A stretch of DNA of 64,000 bases from an uncultured Actinomycetes bacterium (GCA_963767525.1 CAVYEH010000002.1:58149-122148), one strand, 5' to 3'. Shown: positions 43,033-55,003, counted from the stretch's first letter. Translations and numbers: made by a program. The notes: generated by a model from the letters alone, not told the origin.

Positions 43033-43037
<5 letters not shown>
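41736..43037 (+). CDS. M16-family (pitrilysin/insulinase-like) zinc peptidase, pepR-like (2 frameshifts)
   Basis: HFIEHLLFKG (HxxEH inverted zincin motif); C-terminal half in the 42607 frame. Confidence 0.7.
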
Positions 43038-43666
<629 letters not shown>

Positions 43667-43678
43667 AAGATTGGCCCG

Positions 43679-44467
43679 ATGCCGGGTCAAGCCGCAGAGC
43701 TCGTCTTCGATCAAGCAACGAAGATCTACCCGGGGCGGGAGGGAGCAGCTGTCCACGAGCTGTCGCTCACCGTGCCCGCGGGCGAGATCTGCGTGCTCGT
43801 CGGTCCGTCGGGCGGCGGCAAGACGACGGCCCTCAAGCTCGTCAACCGCCTCATCCCGCTCACGAGCGGCGACATCCGCATCGACGGCACGTCGATCCTC
43901 GCCCACGACGTCGTCGAATTGCGCCGCTCTATCGGCTACGTGATCCAGCAGGTCGGGCTGTTCCCGCACTACACGGTTGAAGCGAACATCGGCGTCGTGC
44001 CGCGCCTATACGGCGAGTCGCGGGAGTGGACGAAGGCGCGCTCCGCAGAGTTGCTCGAGCTCGTCGGCCTCGACCAGTCGTACGCCAAGCGTTACCCGTC
44101 CCAGCTCTCCGGCGGCGAGCGCCAGCGGGTCGGTCTCGCGCGCGCACTCGCCGCAAATCCGCCGCTCATGCTGATGGACGAGCCGTTTGGTGCGATCGAC
44201 CCCATCGTCCGCACCCGCCTGCAGGACGAGTTCCTCCGGCTGCAGGACGAGCTACGGAAGACGGTCGTTTTCGTCACGCACGACATCGACGAGGCGATCA
44301 AGCTCGGCGATCGGATAGCGATCCTTCGCGAGGGGGGAGTGCTTGCGCAGTACGACACGCCCGCCGCGGTCCTCGCCAACCCCGTCGACAAGTTCGTCGC
44401 CGACTTCGTCGGCCTCGACGACGGTGCGATGGCTCGTCTGCGGGCGAGAGCGGACGTGCCCCAATGA
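43679..44467 (+). CDS. Osmoprotectant (glycine betaine/choline-type) ABC transporter ATP-binding protein
   Basis: Walker A GPSGGGKTT, signature LSGGERQRV, Walker B LMLMDEP. Confidence 0.8.
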   Translation: MPGQAAELVFDQATKIYPGREGAAVHELSLTVPAGEICVLVGPSGGGKTTALKLVNRLIPLTSGDIRIDGTSILAHDVVELRRSIGYVIQQVGLFPHYTVEANIGVVPRLYGESREWTKARSAELLELVGLDQSYAKRYPSQLSGGERQRVGLARALAANPPLMLMDEPFGAIDPIVRTRLQDEFLRLQDELRKTVVFVTHDIDEAIKLGDRIAILREGGVLAQYDTPAAVLANPVDKFVADFVGLDDGAMARLRARADVPQ

Positions 44468-45183
44468 ACCTTCTCCTGGCGGGAGGGCCGGTCATCCCGA
44501 GCTTCGGGAAGGCGGACAAGTGCATCACGCACCACCACTGGTTCTGCACGAGCTGGGTGCAGAAGTACTGGGGCAACACCCTCCAGCCGGCGTTGATTCA
44601 GCACATCGAGTTGACGTTGCTCGCCGTCGGAATCGGCTTCGTGATCGCATTCCTCATGGCGCTGATTGCCTTTCGCTTCCGGATCCTCGATGGGCCGCTC
44701 GGCGCCCTCGGCGACTTTTTCTACGCGCTCCCGAGCATCTCGCTCTTCGTCATCCTCGTGCCGATCACCGGCCTGACGTGGACGACGATCCTCATTCCGC
44801 TCGTCGCCTACACGCTGTTCGTCCTCTATCGAAACACGCTGGCCGGTCTCAGGGGCGTGCCCGCGGAGGTGCTCGAGTCGGCGCGCGGGATGGGGCTGAC
44901 ACCAACCCAGACGTTCTTCCGCGTCGAGCTCCGCCTCGCCGCGCCCACGATCATCGCGGGGCTTCGTATTGCGACGGTCTCAACGATCTCGATCGCCACC
45001 ATCGCTGCCTTCGTCCTCGCGGACGGTTTGGGCAAGCCGATCTTCGACGCCCTCAAGACCCCTGACATCTTGAAGACGGAGCTCGTCGCAGCGAGCGCGC
45101 TCGTCGTCGGACTCGCCCTCGTCGCCGACGGGTTGCTCTGGCTGCTCCAGCGCGCGCTGACGCCATGGGGGCGCGTGCGGTGA
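44464..45183 (+). CDS. ABC transporter permease (OpuCB-like)
   Basis: Multi-TM BPD-transporter permease; ATG overlaps the upstream stop. Confidence 0.75.
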   Translation: MNLLLAGGPVIPSFGKADKCITHHHWFCTSWVQKYWGNTLQPALIQHIELTLLAVGIGFVIAFLMALIAFRFRILDGPLGALGDFFYALPSISLFVILVPITGLTWTTILIPLVAYTLFVLYRNTLAGLRGVPAEVLESARGMGLTPTQTFFRVELRLAAPTIIAGLRIATVSTISIATIAAFVLADGLGKPIFDALKTPDILKTELVAASALVVGLALVADGLLWLLQRALTPWGRVR

Positions 45184-45836
45184 TCGCGAACGTCTTCATC
45201 AACGCGTTCCAGTTCATCCCGGAGCACGCGTCGCTCCTCTTCCACAAGGGAGTCGGAACGGTCGAGCTGGCTTTTGCGGCCCTCGGGATTGCTATCGGCC
45301 TGGCGCTGCCCCTCGGTCTTTGGCTTGGCCACAAGCACCGTGGCCTCTTCCTCGCGCTCGCGTTGTCGAACGTCGGGCGTGCCCTGCCGAGCATCGTCCT
45401 CATCGGCTTCGCCATCCTCATATTCCACTTCAGCCTCTTCGGGGACTGCGTGCTGGCGCTCGTCGTGATCGCGATTCCGCCGATCCTCACGAATTCGTTC
45501 TTCGCGATCGAAGGCGTCGATCCAGACGTGGTCGAAGCCGCCCGGGGGATGGGACTGACGGAGACGCAGATCCTCGTCCGCGTCGAGTTGCCGCTCGGCC
45601 TGCCGCTCATCATCGCCGGCCTCCGCATCGCGTCGGTCTTCGTCATCGCCACGGCGACGATCGCCGGGATCGTCGGCGGCGGTGGCCTCGGCGACATCAT
45701 CGCGAACCAGCCGGCATACGGCGACGCGGGCGTCCTCGGCGCGTCGTATTGCGTCGCGGCCATCGCTCTTGTCACGGCGGGCGCGCTCGCGCTTCTCCAA
45801 CGCGCGGCCTTTCGCAGAATGTCCCCGACCACGTAG
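45165..45836 (+). CDS. ABC transporter permease (OpuCD-like)
   Basis: Second permease paralog of the same operon. Confidence 0.75.
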   Translation: MGARAVIANVFINAFQFIPEHASLLFHKGVGTVELAFAALGIAIGLALPLGLWLGHKHRGLFLALALSNVGRALPSIVLIGFAILIFHFSLFGDCVLALVVIAIPPILTNSFFAIEGVDPDVVEAARGMGLTETQILVRVELPLGLPLIIAGLRIASVFVIATATIAGIVGGGGLGDIIANQPAYGDAGVLGASYCVAAIALVTAGALALLQRAAFRRMSPTT

Positions 45837-45873
45837 GGTCCGGGGGCAGGGAAAACACGAGAGGAGGAATCGG

Positions 45874-46818
45874 ATGTTCCGCAAGCACACGCGCCGCGCT
45901 GCCAGGGCAGCGTTCGCGATCTCGTTCGGAGTAGCGCTTCTGATCGGAATCATCGCCACCGGCAGCGCCGGTGCGGCGAAGGCCACGACGAAGCCAACGA
46001 TCGTGCTCGGTACGAAGAACTTCACCGAGGAGTACATCCTCGGTTATCTCTACGGCGAAGCTCTCCACGCGAAGGGCTTCAAGGTCGTCTACAAGGGGAG
46101 CTTCGGCTCGTCGGAGCTCGCCGACACGGCCATTCGCACCGGGAAGATGAACTTCTACCCGGAGTACACAGGGATCATCGCGCTCGACCTCGCACAAACG
46201 GCGTCGGTAAACGAGACGTTCCCGAAGACGGCCACCGCGACGTACAACTACGCGAAGAAGTACGAGGAGAAGCACGGTCTCACGCTGCTTGCTCGGACGC
46301 CGTTCGTCGATGCCGACACCGTGACGATGCTCACGGCGACCGCGAAGGCGGACGGCGTGAAGACGATCTCCGACCTGAAGAAGCTCTCGTCGTTCAATTA
46401 CGCCGGCTACCCGGAGTGCCAGACGCGAATCACATGCTTTGCGGGCCTGCAGCAGATCTACGGGCTGGACAAGGCAACCTTCACGTCGCTCAGCTCGATC
46501 AGCGTCTACACGTTGCTCGACCAAGCGTCGATCGACGGCGGTGACGGATTCACGACCGATCCGCAGCAGAACAGCAAGAAGTACACGACGCTCGTCGACA
46601 ACAAGCACATCTTCGGCTTCGAGAACGTCGCTCCCGTCGTCTCGAAGAAGCTCCTCAAGGGCTCGAACGGGATGCTCTTCGAGGCAACCTGCAACAAGGT
46701 GTCGAAGCTGCTGACCATCAAGGCGATGCGGGCGATGGACGCGGCTGCATACGCCCAGAAGGGCACGCCGAAGCAGATCGCGAACGCGTTCCTGAAGGCC
46801 AACCATCTCGTCAAGTAG
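45874..46818 (+). CDS. Glycine betaine/osmoprotectant ABC transporter substrate-binding protein
   Basis: Signal peptide, OpuAC/OsmF-like fold; RBS GAGGAGGA. Confidence 0.75.
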   Translation: MFRKHTRRAARAAFAISFGVALLIGIIATGSAGAAKATTKPTIVLGTKNFTEEYILGYLYGEALHAKGFKVVYKGSFGSSELADTAIRTGKMNFYPEYTGIIALDLAQTASVNETFPKTATATYNYAKKYEEKHGLTLLARTPFVDADTVTMLTATAKADGVKTISDLKKLSSFNYAGYPECQTRITCFAGLQQIYGLDKATFTSLSSISVYTLLDQASIDGGDGFTTDPQQNSKKYTTLVDNKHIFGFENVAPVVSKKLLKGSNGMLFEATCNKVSKLLTIKAMRAMDAAAYAQKGTPKQIANAFLKANHLVK

Positions 46819-46968
46819 GTGAAACGTCGTTCCAGGCGGAGGGTCGACCGGCGAGCACTTCGTCGGCGCCCTCCGCCGGTACGGCTCACTCGAGGGCGAG
46901 GCCAAGGGTGCGCGGGAAGGAGCTCGAGCGGGCTTCTCGGTAGGTCTTTCGAGCCGCGCTCGAACATC

Positions 46969-47955
46969 TCAGCCGGTCGCGAGCACGAGCGCGAACCGTG
47001 AAGCCTCGTCGGTCCACCACGCCGTCGCTTGGAGACCGGCTGCCGCGAGCTCGGCCTCGATCCCGTCGCGCCGGAACTTGCTGCTCACTTCGACACGAAG
47101 GCGTTCACCCTCGGCGAGCTCGAACGCGACCTCGAGCTCCGCGATGTGGACGGTATGCGCCTCGACGGCGTTGAACCCGATGTCCATCCACTCGCGCTCT
47201 GCATCCCAGTGGGCGTCGAAGGCGAACCGCTCTTGGACGAAGTCGGCTCCGAGGTCACGGTTCGCGGCCGTCAGGCCGTTCCGGACGAACTGCTCCGTCA
47301 CCCCGGCAGAGTCGTTGTACGCGCGCGCGATGACGGCCGGATCCTTCACCAGGTCGATACCGAGCAGGAAGGAGTCTCCGGGCGCGAGCGCGGCCGCGAT
47401 CGCCTTGAGCAGCGTTGCGCGGCGCTCCGGGTAGAGGTTGCCGATCGTGCTTCCGAGAAATGCGATGACGCGACTCTCACCGGGCGGAATCGCTGCAAGG
47501 TCGCGTTCGAAGTCGCCCACGATGCCATGCACCGAGATCGTCGGATAGCGCTCGGCGATCGCCTCGGCGCTGATCCGGAGGATGTCATCGCTCACGTCGA
47601 GCGGTACGAACCGCTCGAGCGTGCCCGCCGCCGTCAGCGCGTCGAGCAGCAGCAGCGTCTTCTCGGATGTGCCCGCACCAAGTTCGACGAGCGTGCGGCC
47701 CTTGGTGAGGTCGGCAATCTCAGACGCCCGCGCCGTGAGGATCTCGCGTTCGGCGTTGGTCGGGTAGTACTCGGGCAGGCGCGTGATCTCGTCGAACAAG
47801 ATCGAGCCGCGCTCGTCGTAGAGCCAGGACGCGGGTAGCTCGCGCGGGGTCGCACGGAGGCTCCAGAACGTCGCGTCGTGGAACTCCGCGCGCCGGTGCG
47901 CGTCGTCGACGAGGACGTCGATCCGGATCCGGGGCTGGGTGGTGCTACCCGTCAC
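46969..47955 (-). CDS. egtD: L-histidine N-alpha-methyltransferase (ergothioneine biosynthesis)
   Basis: …YYPTNAEREIL…LVELGAGTSEKT… SAM-dependent methyltransferase of the EgtD family. Confidence 0.8.
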   Translation of the reverse strand: MTGSTTQPRIRIDVLVDDAHRRAEFHDATFWSLRATPRELPASWLYDERGSILFDEITRLPEYYPTNAEREILTARASEIADLTKGRTLVELGAGTSEKTLLLLDALTAAGTLERFVPLDVSDDILRISAEAIAERYPTISVHGIVGDFERDLAAIPPGESRVIAFLGSTIGNLYPERRATLLKAIAAALAPGDSFLLGIDLVKDPAVIARAYNDSAGVTEQFVRNGLTAANRDLGADFVQERFAFDAHWDAEREWMDIGFNAVEAHTVHIAELEVAFELAEGERLRVEVSSKFRRDGIEAELAAAGLQATAWWTDEASRFALVLATG

Positions 47956-49114
47956 ACGCGCACCGAATCCCGGCGAAGATCTGCCGCCGCTGCGGGTAGT
48001 CCCAGTTGCGGAAGCTCAGCCGCGCGACGAGCGGGTCGGTCATGAACGATCCGCCGCGCAGAATCCGGAACTCGTCGCCGAAGAACACTTCCGAATACTC
48101 GCGGTACGGGAACGCCTCGAAGCCGGGGTAGCCCGCGAACGGCGACGACGTCCACTGCCACACGGCGCCCGTCGCGTGCTCGAGGTCGCAGGTGCGCGCA
48201 GCGTGCTCCCACTCCGCCTCCGTCGGCAGGCGCTTGCCCGCCCAGCGCGCGAACGCCTCGGCTTCCCAGAAGCAGACGTGCATGACCGGCTCGTCTCCGG
48301 GCACCGGCTCGACCGCGCCGAACCGCGTCCGCGCCCAGTCGTCGCCGTCGCGCTCCCAGTAGAGCGGGGCAGAGGCGGCCTCGGCCTCACGCCACGCCCA
48401 GCCGTCGTCGCTCCACAACGAGCGACTCTCGTACCCGCCGTCGCGCATGAAGCTCACGTACTCGGCGTTCGTCGTGAGCGCGCGGTCGATCCGGAACGGA
48501 GCGAGCTCGACCTCGTGCGCGGGCCGCTCGTTGTCGTACGCCCACGGCTCGTCGGCGCCGAGAACGGCACGACCTCCGGCGACGCTGATCTCCCCGCTCG
48601 CCCGCACCGCCGGCGGAGCGTCGATCTGCGCGGGCAGCCCGCCGAGCTGCATCGTCTGCGCCATCGTCTCGTTGTGCTGGAGCTCGTGCTGCACGACGAG
48701 GCCGAAGACGAAGCCCCCCTTCAGCAGTGGGTCGAGCAGGCGGTCGCCGTCGAGCGCCACGCGATCGAGTAGCTCGAGCGAGCGGCCGCGAACGTCGTCG
48801 ACGAACGCGCGAGCCGCGGCGGGTGGCAGGTACGGCAACTCGCCGCGCTCGCTCCGCTCATGCGCGAACGCGTCGTAGACGTCGTCGTGCGTCTCGTGCA
48901 GAGGCTCGTTGCCGCCGACGGTGCGCAGGAGCCACAGCTCTTCGAAGTGGCCGATATGCGCGAAGTCCCACACGAGCGGCGATTGCAACGGCGATACCTG
49001 CAGGCACAGCTGGTCGTCGGAGAACGGCGCAAGCAGCTGCAGCGTGCGGCTGCGCGCCTGTTCCATCGTCCCGGCGATCGCCGTCCGGTCGAATCCCTCC
49101 ACCCGGGCGAGCAT
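47945..49114 (-). CDS. egtB: Hercynine oxygenase / sulfoxide synthase
   Basis: DinB_2 plus FGE-sulfatase domains; 3-His motif region HIGHFEELW; C-terminal …LRGGSF…. Confidence 0.8.
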   Translation of the reverse strand: MLARVEGFDRTAIAGTMEQARSRTLQLLAPFSDDQLCLQVSPLQSPLVWDFAHIGHFEELWLLRTVGGNEPLHETHDDVYDAFAHERSERGELPYLPPAAARAFVDDVRGRSLELLDRVALDGDRLLDPLLKGGFVFGLVVQHELQHNETMAQTMQLGGLPAQIDAPPAVRASGEISVAGGRAVLGADEPWAYDNERPAHEVELAPFRIDRALTTNAEYVSFMRDGGYESRSLWSDDGWAWREAEAASAPLYWERDGDDWARTRFGAVEPVPGDEPVMHVCFWEAEAFARWAGKRLPTEAEWEHAARTCDLEHATGAVWQWTSSPFAGYPGFEAFPYREYSEVFFGDEFRILRGGSFMTDPLVARLSFRNWDYPQRRQIFAGIRCACDG

Positions 49115-49124
49115 AATCAGCGGG

Positions 49125-50450
49125 GTGAAGGTTGTGGTCCTCGGTGGCGGGTCGACGGGCGAGCATTTCGTCGGCGCACTGCGGCGGCACGACACCGACG
49201 CCGAGGTGACGCTCGTCGAGGGCCGGCTCGTCGGCGGCGAGTGCTCGTACTTCGCGTGCATGCCGACGAAGACGATGCTGCGCGCGACCGAGCTCGCCGC
49301 GTCGCTCGACCGCGCGCCCGGCCTCGTCCCGCAGATGCCCGATCCGGCCGGCGTGTGGTCGTGGCGCGACTGGATGACGAGTGACTGGGACGACTCCGGC
49401 CAGCTCCGCTACCTCGCCGACTGGAACTGCCGGCTCGTGCGCGGCGACGGGAAAGTGGCCGGGCCGGGCATCGTCGAGGTCGACGGCGAGGAGATCCCGT
49501 ACGACAAGCTCATCGTTGCGACCGGATCGCGGCCGGCGATCCCGCCGGTCGACGGCATCGACGAGGTGGAGTACTGGACGAACCGCGAGGCAACGCGCGC
49601 GCACCAGGTTCCCGAGAGCCTCGTCGTGCTCGGCGGCGGTCCGGTCGGCTGCGAGCTCGCGCAGTTCTACGCGCGGATGGGCGCGAAGGTGACGATCGTC
49701 GAACGCGGCGCAACGTTGCTCGGGCGCATCCACTCCGACGCGGGGGCGCTTCTCGCCGACGTATTCAGCGAGGACGGGATCGACGTGCGCGTCGGCGTCG
49801 GCGTCGACAAGGTCGAGCCGGGAATTCGTGTCCATCTCTCCGACGGAACCGCGATCGAGAGCCGGCGGCTGCTCGTCGCGACCGGGCGGCGGCCGAACGT
49901 CGAAGGGCTCGGCCTCGAGCAGCTCGGCGTCGAGATCACGCCCCGCGGGATCGTCGTCGACGACCGGCTGCGCGCCGCCGACAACGTGTGGGCGATCGGC
50001 GACGTCAACGGCATCGCGCTCTTCACGCACGTCGGGAAATACCAGGCGCGCGTCGCGGCGGCGGACGTCTGCCGGCAGCGCACGCGGGCCGACTACCGCG
50101 CGATCCCTGCCGGCGTCTTCACCGACCCCGAGGTCGCGACCGTAGGGAGGACGAGTGGCGACGGGCTCGTCACGGCACGCATCGAGCTCGACTCCGTGCC
50201 GCGGCTCTCGACATACGAGAAGCCGGCGCGGCCCGGCTTCCTGCGCCTCTTTGCCGACCCGCGCGCCGAGATTCTCGTCGGTGCCGTCTGCGTCGGCCCG
50301 CAGGCGGCGGAATGGCTCGGCCAGCTGACGCTCGCGATTCGCGCCGCAGTCCCGCTCGAGACGCTCCTCGACACGATCCAGCCGTACCCGACCTTCTCCG
50401 AGGGCGTCTTCTTCGCGCTCCAGGCCGTCGACGCTGCGCTCGATGCTTAG
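49125..50450 (+). CDS. FAD-dependent pyridine nucleotide-disulfide oxidoreductase
   Basis: GGGSTGEH FAD site, redox CxxxxC (GGECSYFACMP), NAD site VVLGGGPVGCE. Confidence 0.7.
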   Translation: MKVVVLGGGSTGEHFVGALRRHDTDAEVTLVEGRLVGGECSYFACMPTKTMLRATELAASLDRAPGLVPQMPDPAGVWSWRDWMTSDWDDSGQLRYLADWNCRLVRGDGKVAGPGIVEVDGEEIPYDKLIVATGSRPAIPPVDGIDEVEYWTNREATRAHQVPESLVVLGGGPVGCELAQFYARMGAKVTIVERGATLLGRIHSDAGALLADVFSEDGIDVRVGVGVDKVEPGIRVHLSDGTAIESRRLLVATGRRPNVEGLGLEQLGVEITPRGIVVDDRLRAADNVWAIGDVNGIALFTHVGKYQARVAAADVCRQRTRADYRAIPAGVFTDPEVATVGRTSGDGLVTARIELDSVPRLSTYEKPARPGFLRLFADPRAEILVGAVCVGPQAAEWLGQLTLAIRAAVPLETLLDTIQPYPTFSEGVFFALQAVDAALDA

Positions 50451-50518
50451 CCCAACCCGCAACGTGCCTCCGTGTTCGCACGGATGCGACCAGGCGCCGT
50501 AACGAGGAGTCTGAAGGC

Positions 50519-51667
50519 GTGGAGTCCAGGGACGCAGCGGTCATCACGCCAGACGCGCTCGACGACCTGATCGCGGATCCTCAGCGCACGCGGGTTCCGC
50601 GTCCTCGGCCCGACAGGTGCGCGACGGCGCGATCGTCTACGACGAGCTCGACTCGCTGCGGAGCTTCCGATCGGCGTCGCCGACGATCAGGAGCCGGGCA
50701 GCTACCGGCTCGAGCAGCGCGACGACGAAGCGCGGTTCGGGTACGCGGTCGGCCCGCAGTCGTGGAAGCGCCACCTCTTCCCGCCGCGCGTCACGCTCTG
50801 GCGCGCGCGGAAGGAGAACGGTGGCCGCGCGATCGAGGAGGAGCCGCTCCGACGGAAACGCCGCTCGCGTTCATCGGCGTGCGCTCGTGCGAGCTCGAGG
50901 CGATCGCGATCCAGGATCGCGGTCTTCCTCGGCGGGAAGTTCGTCGACCGCGACTACGCCGGCGCGCCGCGACGGCGCGTTCTTCGTCGCCGTCAACTGC
51001 GGCTCGCCGGGCGCGAAGCTGCTTCTGCGCCTCGATGGACACCGGCCCGCGTGCGCGCAGCGGCTACGACCTCGCGCTGACGGAGATCCTCGACGGCGAG
51101 CACCGCTTCGTCGTCGAGGCCGGCAGCAGACCGTGGGGCGGAGGTGCTCGCCGAGCTCCCCTCGCGGCCGGCTGCTGACGACGACATTGCGGCGTCCGTC
51201 GCCGTCACGACCGAGGCGATCGCCCGCATGACGAAGGCGATGCCCGAGGTCGACCTCCACGCGCTCATCGCCGGCAGCCTCGACGCAACCGCGCTGGGAC
51301 GATGTCGCCGAGCGCTGCCTCACGCTGCACGAACTGCACGCTCGTCTGCCCGACGTGCTTCTGCTCGTCGGTCGAGGACACGAGCGACCTCACCGGCGCC
51401 GAGACGGCCCGCGCGCGGGTCTGGGACTCGTGCTTCTCGCTCGACTACTCGTACATCCACGGCGGCAGCATCCGCTCGTCGTCCCGCTCCCGCTACCGGC
51501 AGTGGCTCACGCACAAGCTCGGCACGTGGCACGACCAGTTCGACACGTCCGGCTGCGTCGGCTGCGGCCGTTGCATCACGTGGTGCCCGGTCGGGATCGA
51601 CATCACCGAAGAGGTCGCCGCCCTGAAGACTGAACAGGAGGAGAACAGTGCCGCAACAGCAGCTTGA
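50519..51667 (+). CDS. [NiFe]-hydrogenase group-3 beta (Fe-S) subunit, HyhB/HydB-like (at least 3 frameshifts)
   Basis: …[19 protein letters not shown]…; …[10 protein letters not shown]…GYDLALTEI…; 4Fe-4S motifs [13 protein letters not shown] and [12 protein letters not shown], spread over several frames. Confidence 0.55.
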
Positions 51668-52122
51668 CGAGCTCCTCGGCCGCTTGCCGTTCTTCGCCGG
51701 CATGACGGAGGAGGACCTCGACGCTCATCGCCGGCTGCGGGCGCAACGTCCACTTCGAGGAGGGCGAGACGATCCTCCGCCAGGGCGACCCCGCCGACAG
51801 CTTCTACGTCATCCGCCACGGCTCGGTCGCCGTCGGGAACTTCGTCCCGCCGCGCGGCGAGATCGTGATCGAGGCGATTCACGACGGCGAGATCCTCGGC
51901 TGGTCGTGGCTCTTCCCGCCGTACCGCGCGCATTTCGACGCCAGGGCGATGACGGACGTGCGCGCGACGCAGTTCGACGGCACGTGCCTGCGCGGGAAGT
52001 GCGCCGAGGACCCCGCGTTCGGCTTCCGCGTCGTCAGCCGGTTCGCGCAGGTGCTGATGGAGCGCCTGCAGTGGACGCATCTCCGACTCCTCGACCTCTA
52101 TGGCAACGGCCACTCAGGCTGA
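51648..52122 (+). CDS. Cyclic-nucleotide-binding (Crp-like cNMP) domain protein (one frameshift)
   Basis: …[14 protein letters not shown]… then …[21 protein letters not shown]…[15 protein letters not shown]…. Confidence 0.55.
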
Positions 52123-52947
52123 GCTCCTTCCCGGAGCGTTCGTCCCGCTCCCGTTCCGCGTCGCCGAGCAAGCGGCAGGACACGGTCGACACGTGGACGC
52201 TGACGTTCGAGCCCGAGGCGGAGGGCTTCGCCGTCGAGCCGGGGCAGTTCGTGATGGTGCACGTCTGGGGGATCGGCGAGGTGCCGATCTCGGTGTCGGG
52301 CTGTCCGGAGCACGCGGGCGATCCCATCGTCCTCACGGTCCGCGCGGTGGGCGCGGTCTCGGGCGCGATCTGCGCCTCCGGCCCCGGGTCGCTGCTCGGC
52401 CTGCGCGGACCGTGCGGCAACACATGGCCGATCGCAGAAGCCGCCGGGGGTGACGTCCTCGTCGTCGCCGGCGGGATCGGCCTCGCGCCGCTGCGCCCGG
52501 TCGATCGTCCACGCGCTGGCGCACCGGGCGGACTACGGCTCGGCGGCGGTGCTCTACGGCGCGCGCACGCCCGGCGATCTCCTCTACACCGACCAGCTCG
52601 AGGCCTGGCGCGAGACCCTCGCGGTCGACGTCACGGTCGACGCCGCCGACACGAGCTGGAAGGGCAAGGTCGGCGTCGTTCCGAAGCTTGTCTCGACGGC
52701 CGAGTTTCGGGCCGACGCCGTCACCGCTTTCGTCTGCGGCCCGGAGGTGATGATCCACTACACGGTCGAGGCGCTGCGCGAACGGGGCGTGCCAGACGAG
52801 CGGATCTTCCAGTCCCTCGAGCGCGACATGCGCTGCGGTATCGGCCTGTGCGGCCACTGCCAGCTCGGCCCGACGCTCATCTGCCGCGACGGGCCCGTCT
52901 ACTCGCAGGCCGAGATCGGCGCGCTGATGGAGGTGCGTGAGCTGTGA
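52100..52947 (+). CDS. [NiFe]-hydrogenase group-3 gamma subunit (FAD/NAD-binding, 2Fe-2S), 2 frameshifts
   Basis: …[22 protein letters not shown]…[13 protein letters not shown]…[12 protein letters not shown]…. Confidence 0.65.
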
Positions 52948-53721
52948 GTGACAAGAACGGCAAGCCGACCCTCGCGGTGTGGAAGTTCGCGTCGTGCGAC
53001 GGCTGCCAGCTGACGCTGCTCGACCTCGAGGACGAGCTGCTCGCGATCACGGGCGAGATCGACATCTCCGACTTCCGCGAGGCGACGAGCGCCGTCGTCG
53101 ACGGGCCGTACGACGTCTCGCTCGTCGAGGGCTCGATCACGACCCCGCACGACGCCGAGCGGATCCAGGAGATCCGCCGCCAGTCGGGCGCGCTCATCAC
53201 GATCGGCGCGTGCGCGACGTCGGGCGGCATCCAGGCGCTCCGCAACTTCGCCGACGTGGAGGAGTTCACGCGCATCGTCTACGCGTCGCCCGAGTACATC
53301 TCGACGCTCGAGACGTCGACGCCGATCTCCGACCACGTCACGGTCGACTTCGAGCTGCGCGGCTGCCCGATCGACAAGCACCAGCTCGTCGAGCTCGTCA
53401 CCGCGACGCTCGTCGGGCGGAAGCCGCGGATCCCGACGACGAGCGTCTGCGTCGAGTGCAAGCTCCGCGGCGTGAACTGCGTCATGGTCGCGCACGGCAC
53501 GCCGTGCCTCGGGCCGGTCACGCAGGCGGGCTGCGGCGCGCTCTGCCCGGCGTACAACCGCGGCTGCTTCGGCTGCTTCGGGCCGATGGAGTCCCCGAAC
53601 ACCGCGTCGCTCGTGCCGCTCCTCAAGCGGCTCGGCCGCGAGCGACGGCGACGTCGAGCGGCTCTTCTCCACCTTCAACACGAACGCCGAGGAGTTCAAG
53701 GAGGCGGCAGGACGTGGCTAA
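52944..53721 (+). CDS. [NiFe]-hydrogenase small (delta) subunit (frameshift near 53640)
   Basis: …[15 protein letters not shown]…[10 protein letters not shown]…GCPI…; true C-terminus [27 protein letters not shown] in the adjacent frame. Confidence 0.75.
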
Positions 53722-55003
53722 GCGGCGGACGATCGTGACCGAGTACCTCGCGCGCGTCGAGGGCGAGGGCTCGATGACCGTGAAGCTCAACGGCGACACG
53801 GTCGAGCACGTCGAGCTCGGGATCTTCGAGCCGCCGCGTTTCTTCGAGGCGTTCCTCCGCGGCCGCCAGTACACCGAGGCGCCGGACATCACGGCGCGCA
53901 TCTGCGGGATCTGCCCCGTCGCGTACCAGACGAGCGCGGTCAACGCGATCGAGAGCCTGTGCGGCGTCGAGATCCCCGAGCAGATCCGCATGCTTCGGCG
54001 GCTTCTCTACTGCGGCGAGTGGATCGAGAGCCACGCGCTGCACGTCTACATGCTCCACGCGCCCGACTTCCTCGGTTACGAGAGCGCGATCGAGCTCGCG
54101 CAGGTCGCTCCCGACGCGGTCGAGCGCGGGCTGAAGCTCAAGCGCATCGGCAACGACGTCATGACGCTCGTCGGCGGACGCGAGATCCATCCGATCAACG
54201 TCCGCGTCGGCGGCTTCTACCGCGTGCCGACGAAGCGCGAGCTGCGGACGCTCGTCGAGCCGCTCGAGCGCGCCCGCGAGGCGGCGCTCGAGACGGTGCG
54301 CTGGACGGCGACTCTCGACTTCCCGGAGCGCGAGGTCGAGTGCGATCTCGTCGCGCTCCAGTGGCCGGGCGAGTACGCGATCGAGCGCGGGCGCGTCGTC
54401 TCGAGCGCGGGCCTCGACCTCGACCCGGCGGAGTACGAGGAGCATTTCGAGGAGCTCCACGTCGAGCGCTCGAACGCGCTCCAGTCGCAGCTCAAGGGCG
54501 GCGGCACGTACCTCACCGGCCCGCTCGCGCGGTACACCCTCGGCCACGACTCGCTCTCGCCGACTGCGCGCGAGGCCGCGAAGGAGGCCGGCCTCGGGAC
54601 GGAGTGCCGCGACCCGTTCCGCAGCATCGTCGTCCGCAGCGTCGAGCTCGTGCACGCGTGCGACGAGTCGTTGCGCATCATCGAGAAGTACGAGGAGCCC
54701 GACGCGCCGGCGGTGCCGGTCGAGCCGGTCGCGGGGACGGGCTACGGCGTGAGCGAGGCGCCGCGCGGCCTCCTCTACCACCGCTACCGCCTCGACGCCG
54801 ACGGCACGATCCTCGACGCGAAGATCGTCCCGCCGACGTCGCAGAACCAGCTCGCGATCGAGGACGACCTCCGCGACGTCGTCGCGCGCAACACGCGCCT
54901 CGACGACGACGCGCTGCGGCGGCTGTGCGAGCAGACGATCCGCAACTACGACCCGTGCATCTCGTGCGCGACGCACTTCCTCGACCTCAAGGTCGAGAGA
55001 TGA
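53714..55003 (+). CDS. [NiFe]-hydrogenase large (alpha) subunit
   Basis: N-terminal RICGICP and C-terminal DPCISCATH Ni-Fe ligand motifs; intact 429 aa. Confidence 0.85.
   Translation: MAKRRTIVTEYLARVEGEGSMTVKLNGDTVEHVELGIFEPPRFFEAFLRGRQYTEAPDITARICGICPVAYQTSAVNAIESLCGVEIPEQIRMLRRLLYCGEWIESHALHVYMLHAPDFLGYESAIELAQVAPDAVERGLKLKRIGNDVMTLVGGREIHPINVRVGGFYRVPTKRELRTLVEPLERAREAALETVRWTATLDFPEREVECDLVALQWPGEYAIERGRVVSSAGLDLDPAEYEEHFEELHVERSNALQSQLKGGGTYLTGPLARYTLGHDSLSPTAREAAKEAGLGTECRDPFRSIVVRSVELVHACDESLRIIEKYEEPDAPAVPVEPVAGTGYGVSEAPRGLLYHRYRLDADGTILDAKIVPPTSQNQLAIEDDLRDVVARNTRLDDDALRRLCEQTIRNYDPCISCATHFLDLKVER

Noticed and set aside
46836-46880. GGCGGAGGG ... CCCTCCGCC inverted repeat between the convergent opu substrate-binding gene and egtD
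   Set aside because: Long loop and no U-tract; could be a bidirectional terminator but the evidence is weak.
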